In this document: positions 1 to 10,315 of the stretch, piece by piece
Position numbering within the stretch: position 1 is the first letter of the stretch
Layout of the letters: each line of letters opens with the position of its first letter
Virus record (IMG/VR): IMGVR_UViG_3300023243_000351
Source: a virus
Direction: 5' to 3' (one strand)
Length of the DNA: 64,000 nucleotides
Made by a program: the position numbers and the translations under genes
The notes under the pieces: generated by a model
The model's database searches: none
What the model saw: only the letters and a program-made list of their open reading frames with translations
Told to the model about the DNA's origin: nothing

Positions 1-229
1 TGTCAATACCTTGGTCTGGTTTGCTTTCGCTGTAGTCTTTGTTCAGGAACTGTACCCAAAAACTGTGTGGTCCTTTGTCAAAGTCATGGTTAAGAGACAG
101 CATGCAAGGGGTTCTTAGATCTATGGTGTTGATTGTTGTGTTGTCGAACCCGTAACTGATGCGTGGCACAGTCTTGTGTATTATGGGGTTAACACAAACC
201 TCAATGTTTACGTTATACAGAGTATCCAT
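1..229 (-). CDS. Hypothetical protein, runs off the left window edge
   Basis: ATG at 229 overlaps the upstream gene's end; frame MDTLYNVNIEVCVNP... stays open to position 1. Confidence 0.6.
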   Translation of the reverse strand, partial: MDTLYNVNIEVCVNPIIHKTVPRISYGFDNTTINTIDLRTPCMLSLNHDFDKGPHSFWVQFLNKDYSESKPDQGID

Positions 230-1517
230 AACTTTTCAAAAAATCTTTGTACTGTGGGTAAAGTGCAATAGCGTTATAGTTGTATTTTTTGTCCCAACGC
301 TGTAGCCATTGAATCAGCTCTACTCTTAGTTCTTCTACGTTATGGGGTGCTTCACTATCTAACATTGTGATCACTCCGCGGCATTCTCTGGCTAACTTTT
401 GTGAAAGCCTAGATGTATCCCTTCCTACTGCTAAAGTTTCGAAACTTGTTTGATCTACATTTGTTTGCAATTTATCTAGTAGCTGTTGATACTTAGGTTT
501 TAGTTGTTGTCTGATATCCCAAGGTAGCACATTCACTGCCATGTATGAAGGGTAAGTTAGTGGCACACTATCAACAGCAAGCCCTAGACTATATGCTTTA
601 TCTAAATACTGATAATAATCATTCACACTAAGCAACTGTGGCGCTGATCTAAGTACTACCTGAAACTTGTCTGATTGCAACTCAACAAGTTCGTGTATAG
701 TTTTCCACAGTCCAACGTAATCGCAACCTTGACGAATGTAATCATTTGTTTGGTTAATACTTTCTGCGCTTATTTCTAAATGTGCTAATCTAAACTGTTT
801 AAGTTTTTCTACTAGCTCTAAATTTACATTAGTGCCGTTGGTCACTGTGCTTATACTAATATGGTGATAATTATTTTCCAGTAACCAGTCTATAAGTTGA
901 TGGAATCTTTTGTTTATCAAAGGCTCGCCACCAATGACATGCACTCTGTTAAGGCGATCTTTAACAGTGTCTAAGTTAGTTAGCAACTGTTCCCAACTTT
1001 GTTTATCTATAACCCAGTTCGGTTTCTTATTGTACTCGATATCCCAGGATCTATATGCACTTGCTATTTTACTACTAGCCTCTGGAATGCACATCTTACA
1101 TGCAAAGTTGCATTCGTTTCCCAAGTCTATATGCCAGTCTATAGGTAACACATCAGTAGTTCCGTCCGCATGAAACTTTTCGCGCCATGTACTTTGTTCA
1201 AAACTTTGTTGGAATGCATTACTGGTATGTTCTGTAAATATGCCCAGTTTGTAGTTCTCTTTGATCCTACGACTTTGGTAACCTTGTGCTTCTTCTTTAT
1301 AACATACACTGCATTCTTCTAACGGTTGATCCGACAATACTCTGCGTCTAAAGTCTTGCATAGTATCGCTGTCATACCATTGTACTAAACTTGTGTTGTT
1401 TAAACTTTCGCCTTTGTTGGGCCGCTTACTTTCGCTACTACATACACCGTAGGAACCATCCCAGTAGAAGTGATGATTGCTCCAAGGTACACTGCAAAAT
1501 ACTTTTTGATTGGCCAC
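213..1517 (-). CDS. Radical SAM protein with N-terminal SPASM/Twitch-like Cys cluster
   Basis: CNFACKMC (CxxxCxxC), GGEP, TNGT; N-terminal CSVPW...C...CSVC. Confidence 0.9.
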   Translation of the reverse strand: MANQKVFCSVPWSNHHFYWDGSYGVCSSESKRPNKGESLNNTSLVQWYDSDTMQDFRRRVLSDQPLEECSVCYKEEAQGYQSRRIKENYKLGIFTEHTSNAFQQSFEQSTWREKFHADGTTDVLPIDWHIDLGNECNFACKMCIPEASSKIASAYRSWDIEYNKKPNWVIDKQSWEQLLTNLDTVKDRLNRVHVIGGEPLINKRFHQLIDWLLENNYHHISISTVTNGTNVNLELVEKLKQFRLAHLEISAESINQTNDYIRQGCDYVGLWKTIHELVELQSDKFQVVLRSAPQLLSVNDYYQYLDKAYSLGLAVDSVPLTYPSYMAVNVLPWDIRQQLKPKYQQLLDKLQTNVDQTSFETLAVGRDTSRLSQKLARECRGVITMLDSEAPHNVEELRVELIQWLQRWDKKYNYNAIALYPQYKDFLKSYGYSV

Positions 1518-2773
1518 TAGTCAATTATGCCAAAGTTTGCCCAGTTGGCTAACCCTAAACAGATCCATCCCATTGGTCCGCCAAGACTAGGGTTGTTGTT
1601 CCAGACTACATGTCCTTTTGTACTGGCATAGTTTGGCGCTCGATTGCCTTCTGTAAATCGCATGGCTTGCCCTATGCGTAAATCGTCAACTTTTGTACTT
1701 CCGTCTGTGTTTAACACAATATTGTTTTTGTTGTTTGCACTAAGCACCAACGACTGTTTCCTAGGAGTTCCTATGCGTCCTATGTCTGTTTCCTTCTTAC
1801 CTGTAGTAATTTCAATTTCTTGGTCCCATACTGCTAACGCCGCACTTGGTTCAAACGTGTTAACGCCTACGCGACCCTTAACAGTATACAATGATCCACT
1901 CAAAAATGCTTCGCCGGACACTTGCAATTCTTTGAGCATACCCAGTTCTTGTAAATTACTATTGGTTATGTTGGATCCTAGTGCATTACCAATAACAACA
2001 TCTTTGCCGTTTATGGTTATTTTGTTTAGGTCAAGTCCTTTGTCTTTAATTGTATTAAACACAGTTTTACTAAATCCATCAAATAAGGTTTTGTTAAGTT
2101 TACTAACAGTGTTGGTTGATGTAGTATCAATCAGTTCTTGATAAAAACTACAATCCTTGTCCAGTGTTCCATTTATGGTTACGTTACCTTGTACAGTTAA
2201 ATCTTTTGTAAGCAAATTGTTTTCAACAACTGTTACATCATCTAATATAGTAACTGCAATGTTGGTAGCACGATCGTCGATACCAGTACTGCTGAATTCT
2301 GTGATTATACCACCGTGTATGTTGTCTCCACTAAACTTAAATGTAGACAAATCTAACGATTCAGGTTTAATACTTGAATCAGGAAATATAACTTCATTCA
2401 ATTGATCTTTGACTACTATACTAGTTGCGTTAACTACTGCTTTACCAAAGTCTATTTCTTGGATACGTTGAGCCACTGTTTCTTTAACAGTTTGATCTGT
2501 TTGTTTTTGTACTTCCGTAATAGTCTCGTTGATCCGGTCAAAAATACGTGTTTCAAGTTTTTTGCTATCAACATTATACTCGGAGGCTTTTCTATCCAGT
2601 GCTTCTGTGGCCGCTTTTTGGATTGCATCAGTAAAGTTAAAGGTAGATAAGCGAGCTTTAATTGAATCAGCTATTAACTGATCAACTTTTTTTGCTACAC
2701 CTGCTTCTACTTGTTTTACTATTCCGTCTACTATATCAGTTATTTGTGTATTAAGATCCATGCTCACCGTCAA
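1517..2773 (-). CDS. Hypothetical phage protein, possibly structural (helical N-terminus, beta-rich C-terminus)
   Basis: 418-aa ORF coupled to neighbours; C-terminal GWIC..W..FG ending resembles tail/fibre proteins. Confidence 0.5.
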   Translation of the reverse strand: MTVSMDLNTQITDIVDGIVKQVEAGVAKKVDQLIADSIKARLSTFNFTDAIQKAATEALDRKASEYNVDSKKLETRIFDRINETITEVQKQTDQTVKETVAQRIQEIDFGKAVVNATSIVVKDQLNEVIFPDSSIKPESLDLSTFKFSGDNIHGGIITEFSSTGIDDRATNIAVTILDDVTVVENNLLTKDLTVQGNVTINGTLDKDCSFYQELIDTTSTNTVSKLNKTLFDGFSKTVFNTIKDKGLDLNKITINGKDVVIGNALGSNITNSNLQELGMLKELQVSGEAFLSGSLYTVKGRVGVNTFEPSAALAVWDQEIEITTGKKETDIGRIGTPRKQSLVLSANNKNNIVLNTDGSTKVDDLRIGQAMRFTEGNRAPNYASTKGHVVWNNNPSLGGPMGWICLGLANWANFGIID

Positions 2774-3494
2774 ATTGAATTGAAATTACATGTTCGTAAT
2801 TTTTCTTGATTAAACTCTTGTACATTAAATTCTTATGTACTGTGAAATTAGTTGCTCCTGCATCATAAGCAAACTTTGCCAATTGCTTAAAAAACATTGC
2901 ACGTCGTGCAAATGGTCCTGCAACATTTATATCACTACCAAGTATCTCATGTACTGTGGTTTTCCAACTGTTTCTATCTTGTAAATCATAATCGTGTAAC
3001 TCTAAGAATATTTGGTTCTTGCCACTGTTTCTAATCAGTGCAGGAACACTAAACTCACGATCCTTGAAACTTTGATTCTTGTAATCCTTACATGTAGTTA
3101 TCAAGTATTCCGTGGCTAGGTTACAAATCTCAGCCACTGATAGTTTCTGTCCCTCGTCTGACTCAGCAAACGTAAAGTACTCATCTAGTGCTACTACAAC
3201 TTGGAAATTGTTTTTGTAGTCGACTAACTGGTCTTCTGGTATATGTATAAACGGAACTTTTCGTTCTGTTAAAAAATTTAAAACCTGTTCGTTTACGTGT
3301 GTAACGTAAATCTGTCCCGCTTGCTGAACTAAAATAGCAGGACTAAATCCAATGTATAAAATAGTGTCAGGTACTATGTTGTAGAACTCTCCTACGCCCG
3401 ACAGTATTTCCTGTTTACGCTTTACTACATCTGCTTGCCTAACATGGTGCTCATATGCATTCAATAAACACCCAGTATATGATTCAAATTTCAT
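2751..3494 (-). CDS. Hypothetical protein, possibly a degenerate SAM-dependent methyltransferase fold
   Basis: ILYIGF and FQVVVALDEYF resemble methyltransferase motifs but the glycine-rich loop is absent. Confidence 0.4.
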   Translation of the reverse strand: MKFESYTGCLLNAYEHHVRQADVVKRKQEILSGVGEFYNIVPDTILYIGFSPAILVQQAGQIYVTHVNEQVLNFLTERKVPFIHIPEDQLVDYKNNFQVVVALDEYFTFAESDEGQKLSVAEICNLATEYLITTCKDYKNQSFKDREFSVPALIRNSGKNQIFLELHDYDLQDRNSWKTTVHEILGSDINVAGPFARRAMFFKQLAKFAYDAGATNFTVHKNLMYKSLIKKNYEHVISIQFDGEHGS

Positions 3495-3544
3495 TCTGCC
3501 ACCTGGTTCGCTTTGGTCTACTTCTTTTTTAGTTATTATGTATA

Positions 3545-4471
3545 TTAACTATTTATTAGCAATGTGCGATTTATATCCAGTGTAACACAGTGGAATCCGC
3601 CCCCTAGCGTTCTTGAATGTCTCAACTGCATGGGAATTACAATCATTTTATATTTGTTTTCAAGTAACTCTATTAGTTCAGTTTGCGCCCGATCCACAAT
3701 GACCGTACCAGGTTGTACTACTAACATGTTCATTGCGATCCATTTACTTGCGTATGGGTATTGATAAAAACTTTGAGGAACAACTTCGTTAACAAAGATA
3801 ACTTCCCAGTCTTTAAATACACTTGGTAGGTTATCCTTGTTAACTCTGTTGCCGTTGACTATGACTATGCCTTCTTGCAGTGGGGTAATGGTGCTGTCTA
3901 TATGCACTCCGCTGTAAAAATTGCATGTTTGTATAATAGCATCAGGCAACTGTTTTGCCAACCAGGAAATTGCTCTTTTATTTCCGCTTTCACTTTCCAA
4001 CACCAACAGTGTATCACCAAGGCGACAAACATTGGCAGCGTCAAGTACCATGCCTTGATCGCGTGGCATGCGAATAACTTCGTGTCCTTCAGTGACCATG
4101 CCCAGTGCTTCTATTTCCATATCCCTACAGGGATACATCATAGCACAATCAATAATCTTATCACCGTACACCAACAGTCTGTCCCTGGGACAGTAGTTGT
4201 ACATACCACCAAGTTTTTGGAAGTTCATGTCAGTGGGTCTATGTACAGTAACTCCCCACTGTGTTAGAAATCCAGCGAGGTTATCCAGATCCGCATTGGC
4301 CTCATCAATAACCCACTGTGGTACTGGGCCTGTGGGCACTGGGGTTTCTTTCCACAGTGTCTTTTCGCTTTCTTTAGCAAACACAGGATCATCTGTGGGC
4401 CAGTTAGCACAATCTGCACGACCAACTACTATTTCCTGTAGTTTGTCCCATTCGTTATAGGTGTGTATCAT
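3545..4471 (-). CDS. Amidinotransferase (glycine/inosamine-phosphate amidinotransferase family)
   Basis: NEWDKLQEIVVG, CPRD, DAAN, HID and C-terminal GGGFHC catalytic Cys motif. Confidence 0.9.
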   Translation of the reverse strand: MIHTYNEWDKLQEIVVGRADCANWPTDDPVFAKESEKTLWKETPVPTGPVPQWVIDEANADLDNLAGFLTQWGVTVHRPTDMNFQKLGGMYNYCPRDRLLVYGDKIIDCAMMYPCRDMEIEALGMVTEGHEVIRMPRDQGMVLDAANVCRLGDTLLVLESESGNKRAISWLAKQLPDAIIQTCNFYSGVHIDSTITPLQEGIVIVNGNRVNKDNLPSVFKDWEVIFVNEVVPQSFYQYPYASKWIAMNMLVVQPGTVIVDRAQTELIELLENKYKMIVIPMQLRHSRTLGGGFHCVTLDINRTLLINS

Positions 4472-4992
4472 GTATGTCCTGTTACCTGTAGTGTATAACG
4501 CGGCGTCATGCCCAAGTTAGCCGCAATATGTGGTGTGTTGTACTGCCAAGTTATCACAGATCCTTTACTCCAGCCTGTGTGCGGGACGTTATCTATTTCA
4601 AGATAATGTCCACTTTGCCAGTCTTCCAAAAACACTATGGATCTCCAAATTGACTGCTCTTGTCCTTTTAGATTAAAGATTTCTATATACTTTTTGTACG
4701 TGTCTTGGTGCTTAGGCAAACTTGAGCCTGGCCACATTTTATAGTAACTGGTACAAACATCTTTCCAGTTAAACAGTTTCTCAAATGTGTTAACTATTTG
4801 GTTGTTCCAGGTTGGTTGTGGGGAACGCATATCACATAATTGCCCACCGATAGTCCCATTGTACCCCATATTGCGCCAATGTTCTAGTGTTGCACTATCA
4901 TTGAACTTTTCAATGACGTAATCTAAGTTTTTGTACTCATCATCAATGATATTGCTATCAATATTAAACTGTTTTAAATCTAGTGTTTCCAT
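4468..4992 (-). CDS. 2OG-Fe(II) oxygenase-like protein
   Basis: HQD ... H ... RYTLQVT facial-triad and 2OG-binding pattern. Confidence 0.75.
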   Translation of the reverse strand: METLDLKQFNIDSNIIDDEYKNLDYVIEKFNDSATLEHWRNMGYNGTIGGQLCDMRSPQPTWNNQIVNTFEKLFNWKDVCTSYYKMWPGSSLPKHQDTYKKYIEIFNLKGQEQSIWRSIVFLEDWQSGHYLEIDNVPHTGWSKGSVITWQYNTPHIAANLGMTPRYTLQVTGHT

Positions 4993-6199
4993 AATGTATT
5001 ACTTTATAGTTGTTGTCTATTTTCGGATATGTTCTCCATGGATCAACTATGATGCTTCCTGTAGCAACATCACAATAGAATTCTTGTCGCTTTTTATTTC
5101 CAGTATATCCATATGTGACTTGTCTGTTGTGCGCCAGGAATGCTATAACAGGTTGGTCGGTATCGGTTGCTATATCGTTAGTAAGCGGATCAACATAAGC
5201 AAAGTCTGTACCTTGTTTTTCCAGGTAATACCCAATCAACAAACTATAACTGCCATCCAGTATATCAACGTCGGGCTTGTATGCTTTGCCCATGATGCGT
5301 ACCGGCATGTTGTTTTTCTTTTGCAGTGCTGTTAGGTAACTGGCAACATTTTCTGCTTGTTTTTCCCTAGCATGCATCACAGTGTCAAATATATCGTATC
5401 CGAGATCTAATCTTTCTGCTAACCAACGCAGTGCAATGTTGTCTCTTGGGTGGCAAGGTCCTGCATCTCCCATGCCTGCTTTCATGTACTTGGGACTTAC
5501 AATACGCAGTGTGCTACCTGCTAATGCTTCTGTAACCACATCAACATCAATGTTACCGTTCTTCACTGCAACATCCTGTATCATGTTTACCAGGCCAATT
5601 TTTGTGCTGATGAATGTGTTGTAAAATATCTTTATGCTTTCTGCTTCATCCCATGTGCCAACATTATACTTGGGATCATTTTCCATTAACGGCTTATAAA
5701 AGTTAATAAGTTCTTTTGCGTCACCTGTTTCTGATCCATCTTCTGTACCAATAATAACCATTTCAGGATTAACCATATCCCATGCAACGCTACCCATAGC
5801 AATAAGGTAGGGGTTGTAAACAAAACGTGCTTCTGACACACAATCACGCAACTGTGTCCTTGTAGTGCCGGGTAATACTGTGCTGATTAGCACTACTAGT
5901 GTTTCCTGTCCAACATGTTGGTTTATGTCTGTTAAAACTTGTTTAACTATAGTATAGTCAAAGTCTTTGTTTGCTAAATGTGTAATAGGTCGACTTCCGT
6001 CGTACACAGGATCGTGTGGAGTTTGCACTGCTACGAATACAATGTCTTTGCCTTTAACTGCACCTTCCAGTGAGGGTGATATTTTTATGGTGTCACTTGT
6101 TTTGTTGTAAATATCGTAGCCAGTCACAGAATACTGTGTGGCCATTGCTTCAGCACATGGAAGCCCTAATTTACCTAACCCTATAAAACCTATTTGCAT
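4964..6199 (-). CDS. UDP-glucose/GDP-mannose dehydrogenase family protein
   Basis: GLGKLG Rossmann motif, VQTP, STVLPGTT, AESIKIFYN, GPCHPRD, AYKPD. Confidence 0.9.
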   Translation of the reverse strand: MQIGFIGLGKLGLPCAEAMATQYSVTGYDIYNKTSDTIKISPSLEGAVKGKDIVFVAVQTPHDPVYDGSRPITHLANKDFDYTIVKQVLTDINQHVGQETLVVLISTVLPGTTRTQLRDCVSEARFVYNPYLIAMGSVAWDMVNPEMVIIGTEDGSETGDAKELINFYKPLMENDPKYNVGTWDEAESIKIFYNTFISTKIGLVNMIQDVAVKNGNIDVDVVTEALAGSTLRIVSPKYMKAGMGDAGPCHPRDNIALRWLAERLDLGYDIFDTVMHAREKQAENVASYLTALQKKNNMPVRIMGKAYKPDVDILDGSYSLLIGYYLEKQGTDFAYVDPLTNDIATDTDQPVIAFLAHNRQVTYGYTGNKKRQEFYCDVATGSIIVDPWRTYPKIDNNYKVIHYGNTRFKTV

Positions 6200-6201
6200 T
6201 A

Positions 6202-7428
6202 ATGATCTCCGTTGATAAGTTTAGTTTATTTTTATATGAACAGTTATTAAAACCACTGTCGTTGTACGACGCTGGGTTCTTTCCAAGTTTCAGTACTAAC
6301 ATCGAACATTTTATGTACTCCCAGCATTGCGAAGACTTTTACGGTTCAACTGTTGGACGTTGTATTTGGTGGCATGAAGAACCACTAAGTTACAATGACT
6401 TAGATCAAGTTCGTTACTTTGATGCGTACCATACGCATACCATTGATCCCGGTCACCCAACTGAAAACTATATATGGCCGTCAAGTCCGTCACACCCTTC
6501 AGTTAATATGATGATATCTGATGTTAACTTTCATGTATTAGCTAACTCTGAAGTCAGTCAACAAAAACGAAAGTACCTTAGGGAATGGGGTGTAGCAGAT
6601 TGGTATTTCTTTTTTCATGGATTTGCGGCTCTTGATTGGTTTAGGAACTATAAGTATCTTGACTATTCATACGTAAAACCTACAAAACTATTTATTTGTT
6701 TAAATCACTTGTTGACTAATAATCGTAACTACAGATTATACTTGCTTTCGCAGATAAGTCAAAGAGGCTTAACAGATCTTGGACACATTTCAGCCCCTCT
6801 GTTAACAAGTGATTTAGTTAAGAATGAACTGTTCAACACCAACAGTAGATTACCAGTTGACGCCAAGAAGCACATATTTAAACACCTGGCTAAACAAGCA
6901 ACTCCTAGTGTGCTTGATACTGTTGACTACAACAATGCTAGTGCTGATTTAACATCTTACGGATATGATGCACTGTGGCACGTGGTAACAGAAACTGTAT
7001 ACTATGGTGATAGTTTACACCTTACTGAAAAAATATTCAAACCAATTGTAAGCAAGCGTCCTTTCATACTTGTGGGCGCACCTGGTAACTTGGCATACTT
7101 GAAACGTTATGGCTTTCGTACATTCGATCAATGGATAGATGAAAGTTACGACCAAGAACAAGATCCAACATTGCGTATCAACATGATTGTAGAGCAATTG
7201 TCTAAACTTAAAAACAAAGACATTGCACAACAGCAGGAACAAATGCAAGAAGTGTTGGAATATAATCATCAACACTTTTACGGAAAGTTCAAAGAAATAA
7301 TCGTAGATGAACTGTTAGGTAACTTCAAGAAACAGGTCAATTGGTATAACCATGATCGCATAGAACGACATCGCTTACCAAGTGACGTAATTAACTATGA
7401 GCAAGTACGAAACTTAATGCTCAGTTAG
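6202..7428 (+). CDS. Glycosyltransferase-like protein (ET..TEK..KP family), paralog 1
   Basis: VVTET...LTEKIFKPI...PFILVG...GFRTF...IDESYD, shared with 59911-61083 and 63073-63969. Confidence 0.6.
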   Translation: MISVDKFSLFLYEQLLKPLSLYDAGFFPSFSTNIEHFMYSQHCEDFYGSTVGRCIWWHEEPLSYNDLDQVRYFDAYHTHTIDPGHPTENYIWPSSPSHPSVNMMISDVNFHVLANSEVSQQKRKYLREWGVADWYFFFHGFAALDWFRNYKYLDYSYVKPTKLFICLNHLLTNNRNYRLYLLSQISQRGLTDLGHISAPLLTSDLVKNELFNTNSRLPVDAKKHIFKHLAKQATPSVLDTVDYNNASADLTSYGYDALWHVVTETVYYGDSLHLTEKIFKPIVSKRPFILVGAPGNLAYLKRYGFRTFDQWIDESYDQEQDPTLRINMIVEQLSKLKNKDIAQQQEQMQEVLEYNHQHFYGKFKEIIVDELLGNFKKQVNWYNHDRIERHRLPSDVINYEQVRNLMLS

Positions 7429-7429
7429 T

Positions 7430-9520
7430 CTACTTGGTTGTAGCCACAAATATTCCGTCCCAGGCAGCAGGTAGATCTTGTGTTAGCATATATTCACAGC
7501 GTTCAATCCACATATCATAATACCCATCTATTTGTCCATCAAATGAGCCTTTTAGTTTGTTGCATAAAGTGATTGCTTTGTTAAAACTCTGCTCTCTATA
7601 ATATTGATGCATTTCGATGTGTAACTGTTTGCTTGCTTGCCATGCAGTTGTTTGTTCTTTTTCACCTAGTACAGTGTAGATGCGTATGCCCACAGTTTTA
7701 CCTTTTACTGCAAGTTCGTCTACCTTTAAGTAAAAGAAATCATTCTTGGTTGCATCGTATGTGGTTTCGCCTACAAGTAACAAACATCCATATTCTTTAC
7801 ACTTGCTCTCAATACGTGCCGCAGTACTAACAGCATCGCCTAACACATCATAACTGTGTCTTGACGTACTACCCATTTCACCCAAGTAACCTAGTCCGCT
7901 ATTAATGCCAGCACCCATGCCAATCGGTGGTCTTCCTTCTGCTACAATTTTATCATTGAACTTTTCCACTGCTGTAAGCATGTCCAATCCTGTTTTAACT
8001 GCTGAGTGATGGTGGCGTGGATCATCGTTGGGTGCATTGTGTACATGCATTGACGCATCACCAATGTACTTTATGATCATTCCGTCACGATCCAGTACTG
8101 GTTGCGTAATAGCATCCATGTAGCCGTTCATCAAGTTGGTAAGTCCTTTTACATCATCGCCAAAACTTTCACCTAGTGGAGTAAAGCCACGTAGGTCACT
8201 AAAACAAATACTGATTTCACGCTTCATGCCATCCTTGATTAGACCTGGATTCTCTTGAAGCATACGTACCACTGTAGGACTTGCATAGCCTGCAAACTGT
8301 TTTTTGATTTCTTGCTTTTGTCTAAACTCATCCATGAAGCGCAGGAATGCCGCTATACTCCATGTGAGGAACACTGCAAATATTGGGAAACTCCAATCCA
8401 GCAAATAGCCATCGTTCAAGTATGCTGTCCTACTACCGTAGAATATGCCACCTAATGATACCACAATGCCACCAACACCAAAGTACCAGTTTAGTTTAAG
8501 TACCAGTATCATTACTACCAAACTTATTGCCAGTGCTGTTGCCAGTTCACCAAGGTCTGACCACCATGGGCGACTTATGTTGATACCATTAACTATTGTG
8601 TAAACACTTGCGGCAATTAAATCATGATCATAACTTCTGCCAACTGGAGTTGCAATGGTGTTGTCCAACCCCGACGCTGTTAAACTTAGTATAACAATAC
8701 CGCCATTGAAGTTGGGCAAATTGTCAAATGCAAACTCCTGTACTTTGTATTTGTAGTCTACGTAGATGCTACCGTTTGCGTCTGTCTTAATTGTGCTAAA
8801 CTGTGGGATACGCACTGCTTCCACACCTGCGTCACCCAGCTTCATTTGGTAACTGATGTCACCTGCCAGTACACGCACAATCTCTGTGGGTATGCTGGGA
8901 AATATCTGTGCGCTGTCTGTAGGCTCTTTGCTGGGTATGCGAACAACAAGCGGAAGTTTACGTACAACTCCATCAGCTTCTGTACTGCTCAACATCATAC
9001 CAACGCCCCAAGCACTCTCACCAATTTCTTTTGTTGGACCTATTGCTTGTCCATAACGGAATAGCCAATCTTCCCATGCTTTGCCTGTTGTGCTGTTGTC
9101 CTTAATAGCAATGCCACGTGGTACTGGTACACCCTTGCCTCTCAGCGCAGGAACTTGCCCAACAATAACAGGTGCATTCTGTAACAAATCTATAAATGCA
9201 GGGTCGCCACCAAAGCGATCTTCCTCAGCAAACAGCATGGGCAGTACCACAAGCCCCGCACCATTCTCGTATAGTCGTATAATTTCATTGGCTAGTATGT
9301 CACGAGGCCAAGGCCACTGTCCGTTGCGGTCAATATCATCGTTGTCTATTCTAACCACAGCAATAGGAATGTCGCTGTCTAACTGAATTGTTTCTTGTGG
9401 GACACTACGTTGATGTGTGTCCAGTGCTTTGAGGCGGATAACTTCTACTATCCACGGATCCGTCCACCTAATACTCAATACCGCACCCAGGGCGATCAAC
9501 GCCACTAACCATTTTTTCAT
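7430..9520 (-). CDS. CHASE2-domain class III adenylate cyclase (membrane-bound)
   Basis: N-terminal TM, GQWPWPR and DGVVRKLPL (CHASE2), three TMs, then FSDLRGFT, KYIGD, YDVLGDAVSTAARIES, VKGK. Confidence 0.93.
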   Translation of the reverse strand: MKKWLVALIALGAVLSIRWTDPWIVEVIRLKALDTHQRSVPQETIQLDSDIPIAVVRIDNDDIDRNGQWPWPRDILANEIIRLYENGAGLVVLPMLFAEEDRFGGDPAFIDLLQNAPVIVGQVPALRGKGVPVPRGIAIKDNSTTGKAWEDWLFRYGQAIGPTKEIGESAWGVGMMLSSTEADGVVRKLPLVVRIPSKEPTDSAQIFPSIPTEIVRVLAGDISYQMKLGDAGVEAVRIPQFSTIKTDANGSIYVDYKYKVQEFAFDNLPNFNGGIVILSLTASGLDNTIATPVGRSYDHDLIAASVYTIVNGINISRPWWSDLGELATALAISLVVMILVLKLNWYFGVGGIVVSLGGIFYGSRTAYLNDGYLLDWSFPIFAVFLTWSIAAFLRFMDEFRQKQEIKKQFAGYASPTVVRMLQENPGLIKDGMKREISICFSDLRGFTPLGESFGDDVKGLTNLMNGYMDAITQPVLDRDGMIIKYIGDASMHVHNAPNDDPRHHHSAVKTGLDMLTAVEKFNDKIVAEGRPPIGMGAGINSGLGYLGEMGSTSRHSYDVLGDAVSTAARIESKCKEYGCLLLVGETTYDATKNDFFYLKVDELAVKGKTVGIRIYTVLGEKEQTTAWQASKQLHIEMHQYYREQSFNKAITLCNKLKGSFDGQIDGYYDMWIERCEYMLTQDLPAAWDGIFVATTK

Positions 9521-9541
9521 GTTTTTTCCTTGACTAGGTAT

Positions 9542-10315
9542 TTAGTTTTGGGTAACTGACACAGAACATCCGCCTACTGTCGCACATGATTGCGATAGGC
9601 TATATGTTTGTGCTGTGCTACTGTATTGTGTCAAATCTAAATCTGTTCCGTATGTGCCTGACAGGGAAATTGTTGCTGAATGACTAGCACTTCCACCTTG
9701 TATGATATCTACATCATTGTTGCTGTTTGATATTGTTAGGTCTATAGATTTGTCAAAGTTGTATTCTTGTCTTGCGTAAACGTCATTATAGCTACCATAA
9801 ATGTTAGTAATATTACTATGGTTGTCGCCGCCTGCTCGTTGACTTCCTATGAAACTGTTGTTTGATCCGTGTACATCCAATCTTATATTGTGGCCACCGT
9901 ATTCTACACTGTCAGGTGATTGAAAAGTACCGTCGGCCTGCACATGATATCCCTGCCCTATTTTAATACTGTTGTTGTTACCAGCAACATGGAATTCAAA
10001 CCTGTCGCCTTCGCATGCTAATTGGTTGCATAACTGTTTAATGTCCATATCGTTGGAGTCACCGTCTAGGTCGCCTCCCCATCCAGCACCACTGCCCCAT
10101 GTAGCTGTATACCCAACATAAGCATCATCGCCCTTCTGATCTATAGCCACAGTATTACTGGCACCACCAAAACTGTAATCAATTTCGTTATCACTACCAT
10201 CCACAGTGACCGTTATGCTATTAGAGTTTCCGCTGGTTACTTGGTCAATAGATATTAAGTTATCAGCACTTGCTGTGCTAATAATTAACGATAGTAATAG
10301 TAGCAGTTTATTCAT
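9542..10315 (-). CDS. Curlin-repeat secreted protein (CsgA/CsgB-like) B
   Basis: Start moved to ATG 10315 (MNKLLLLLSLIISTASA signal peptide); repeated x-Q-x-G-x-x-N units; Ser/Gly/Asn/Gln-rich. Confidence 0.75.
   Translation of the reverse strand: MNKLLLLLSLIISTASADNLISIDQVTSGNSNSITVTVDGSDNEIDYSFGGASNTVAIDQKGDDAYVGYTATWGSGAGWGGDLDGDSNDMDIKQLCNQLACEGDRFEFHVAGNNNSIKIGQGYHVQADGTFQSPDSVEYGGHNIRLDVHGSNNSFIGSQRAGGDNHSNITNIYGSYNDVYARQEYNFDKSIDLTISNSNNDVDIIQGGSASHSATISLSGTYGTDLDLTQYSSTAQTYSLSQSCATVGGCSVSVTQN

Noticed and set aside
7430-9520. Pycsar/CBASS-type defence cyclase
   Set aside because: Receptor-type CHASE2/TM architecture with adenine-specifying residues and no adjacent effector
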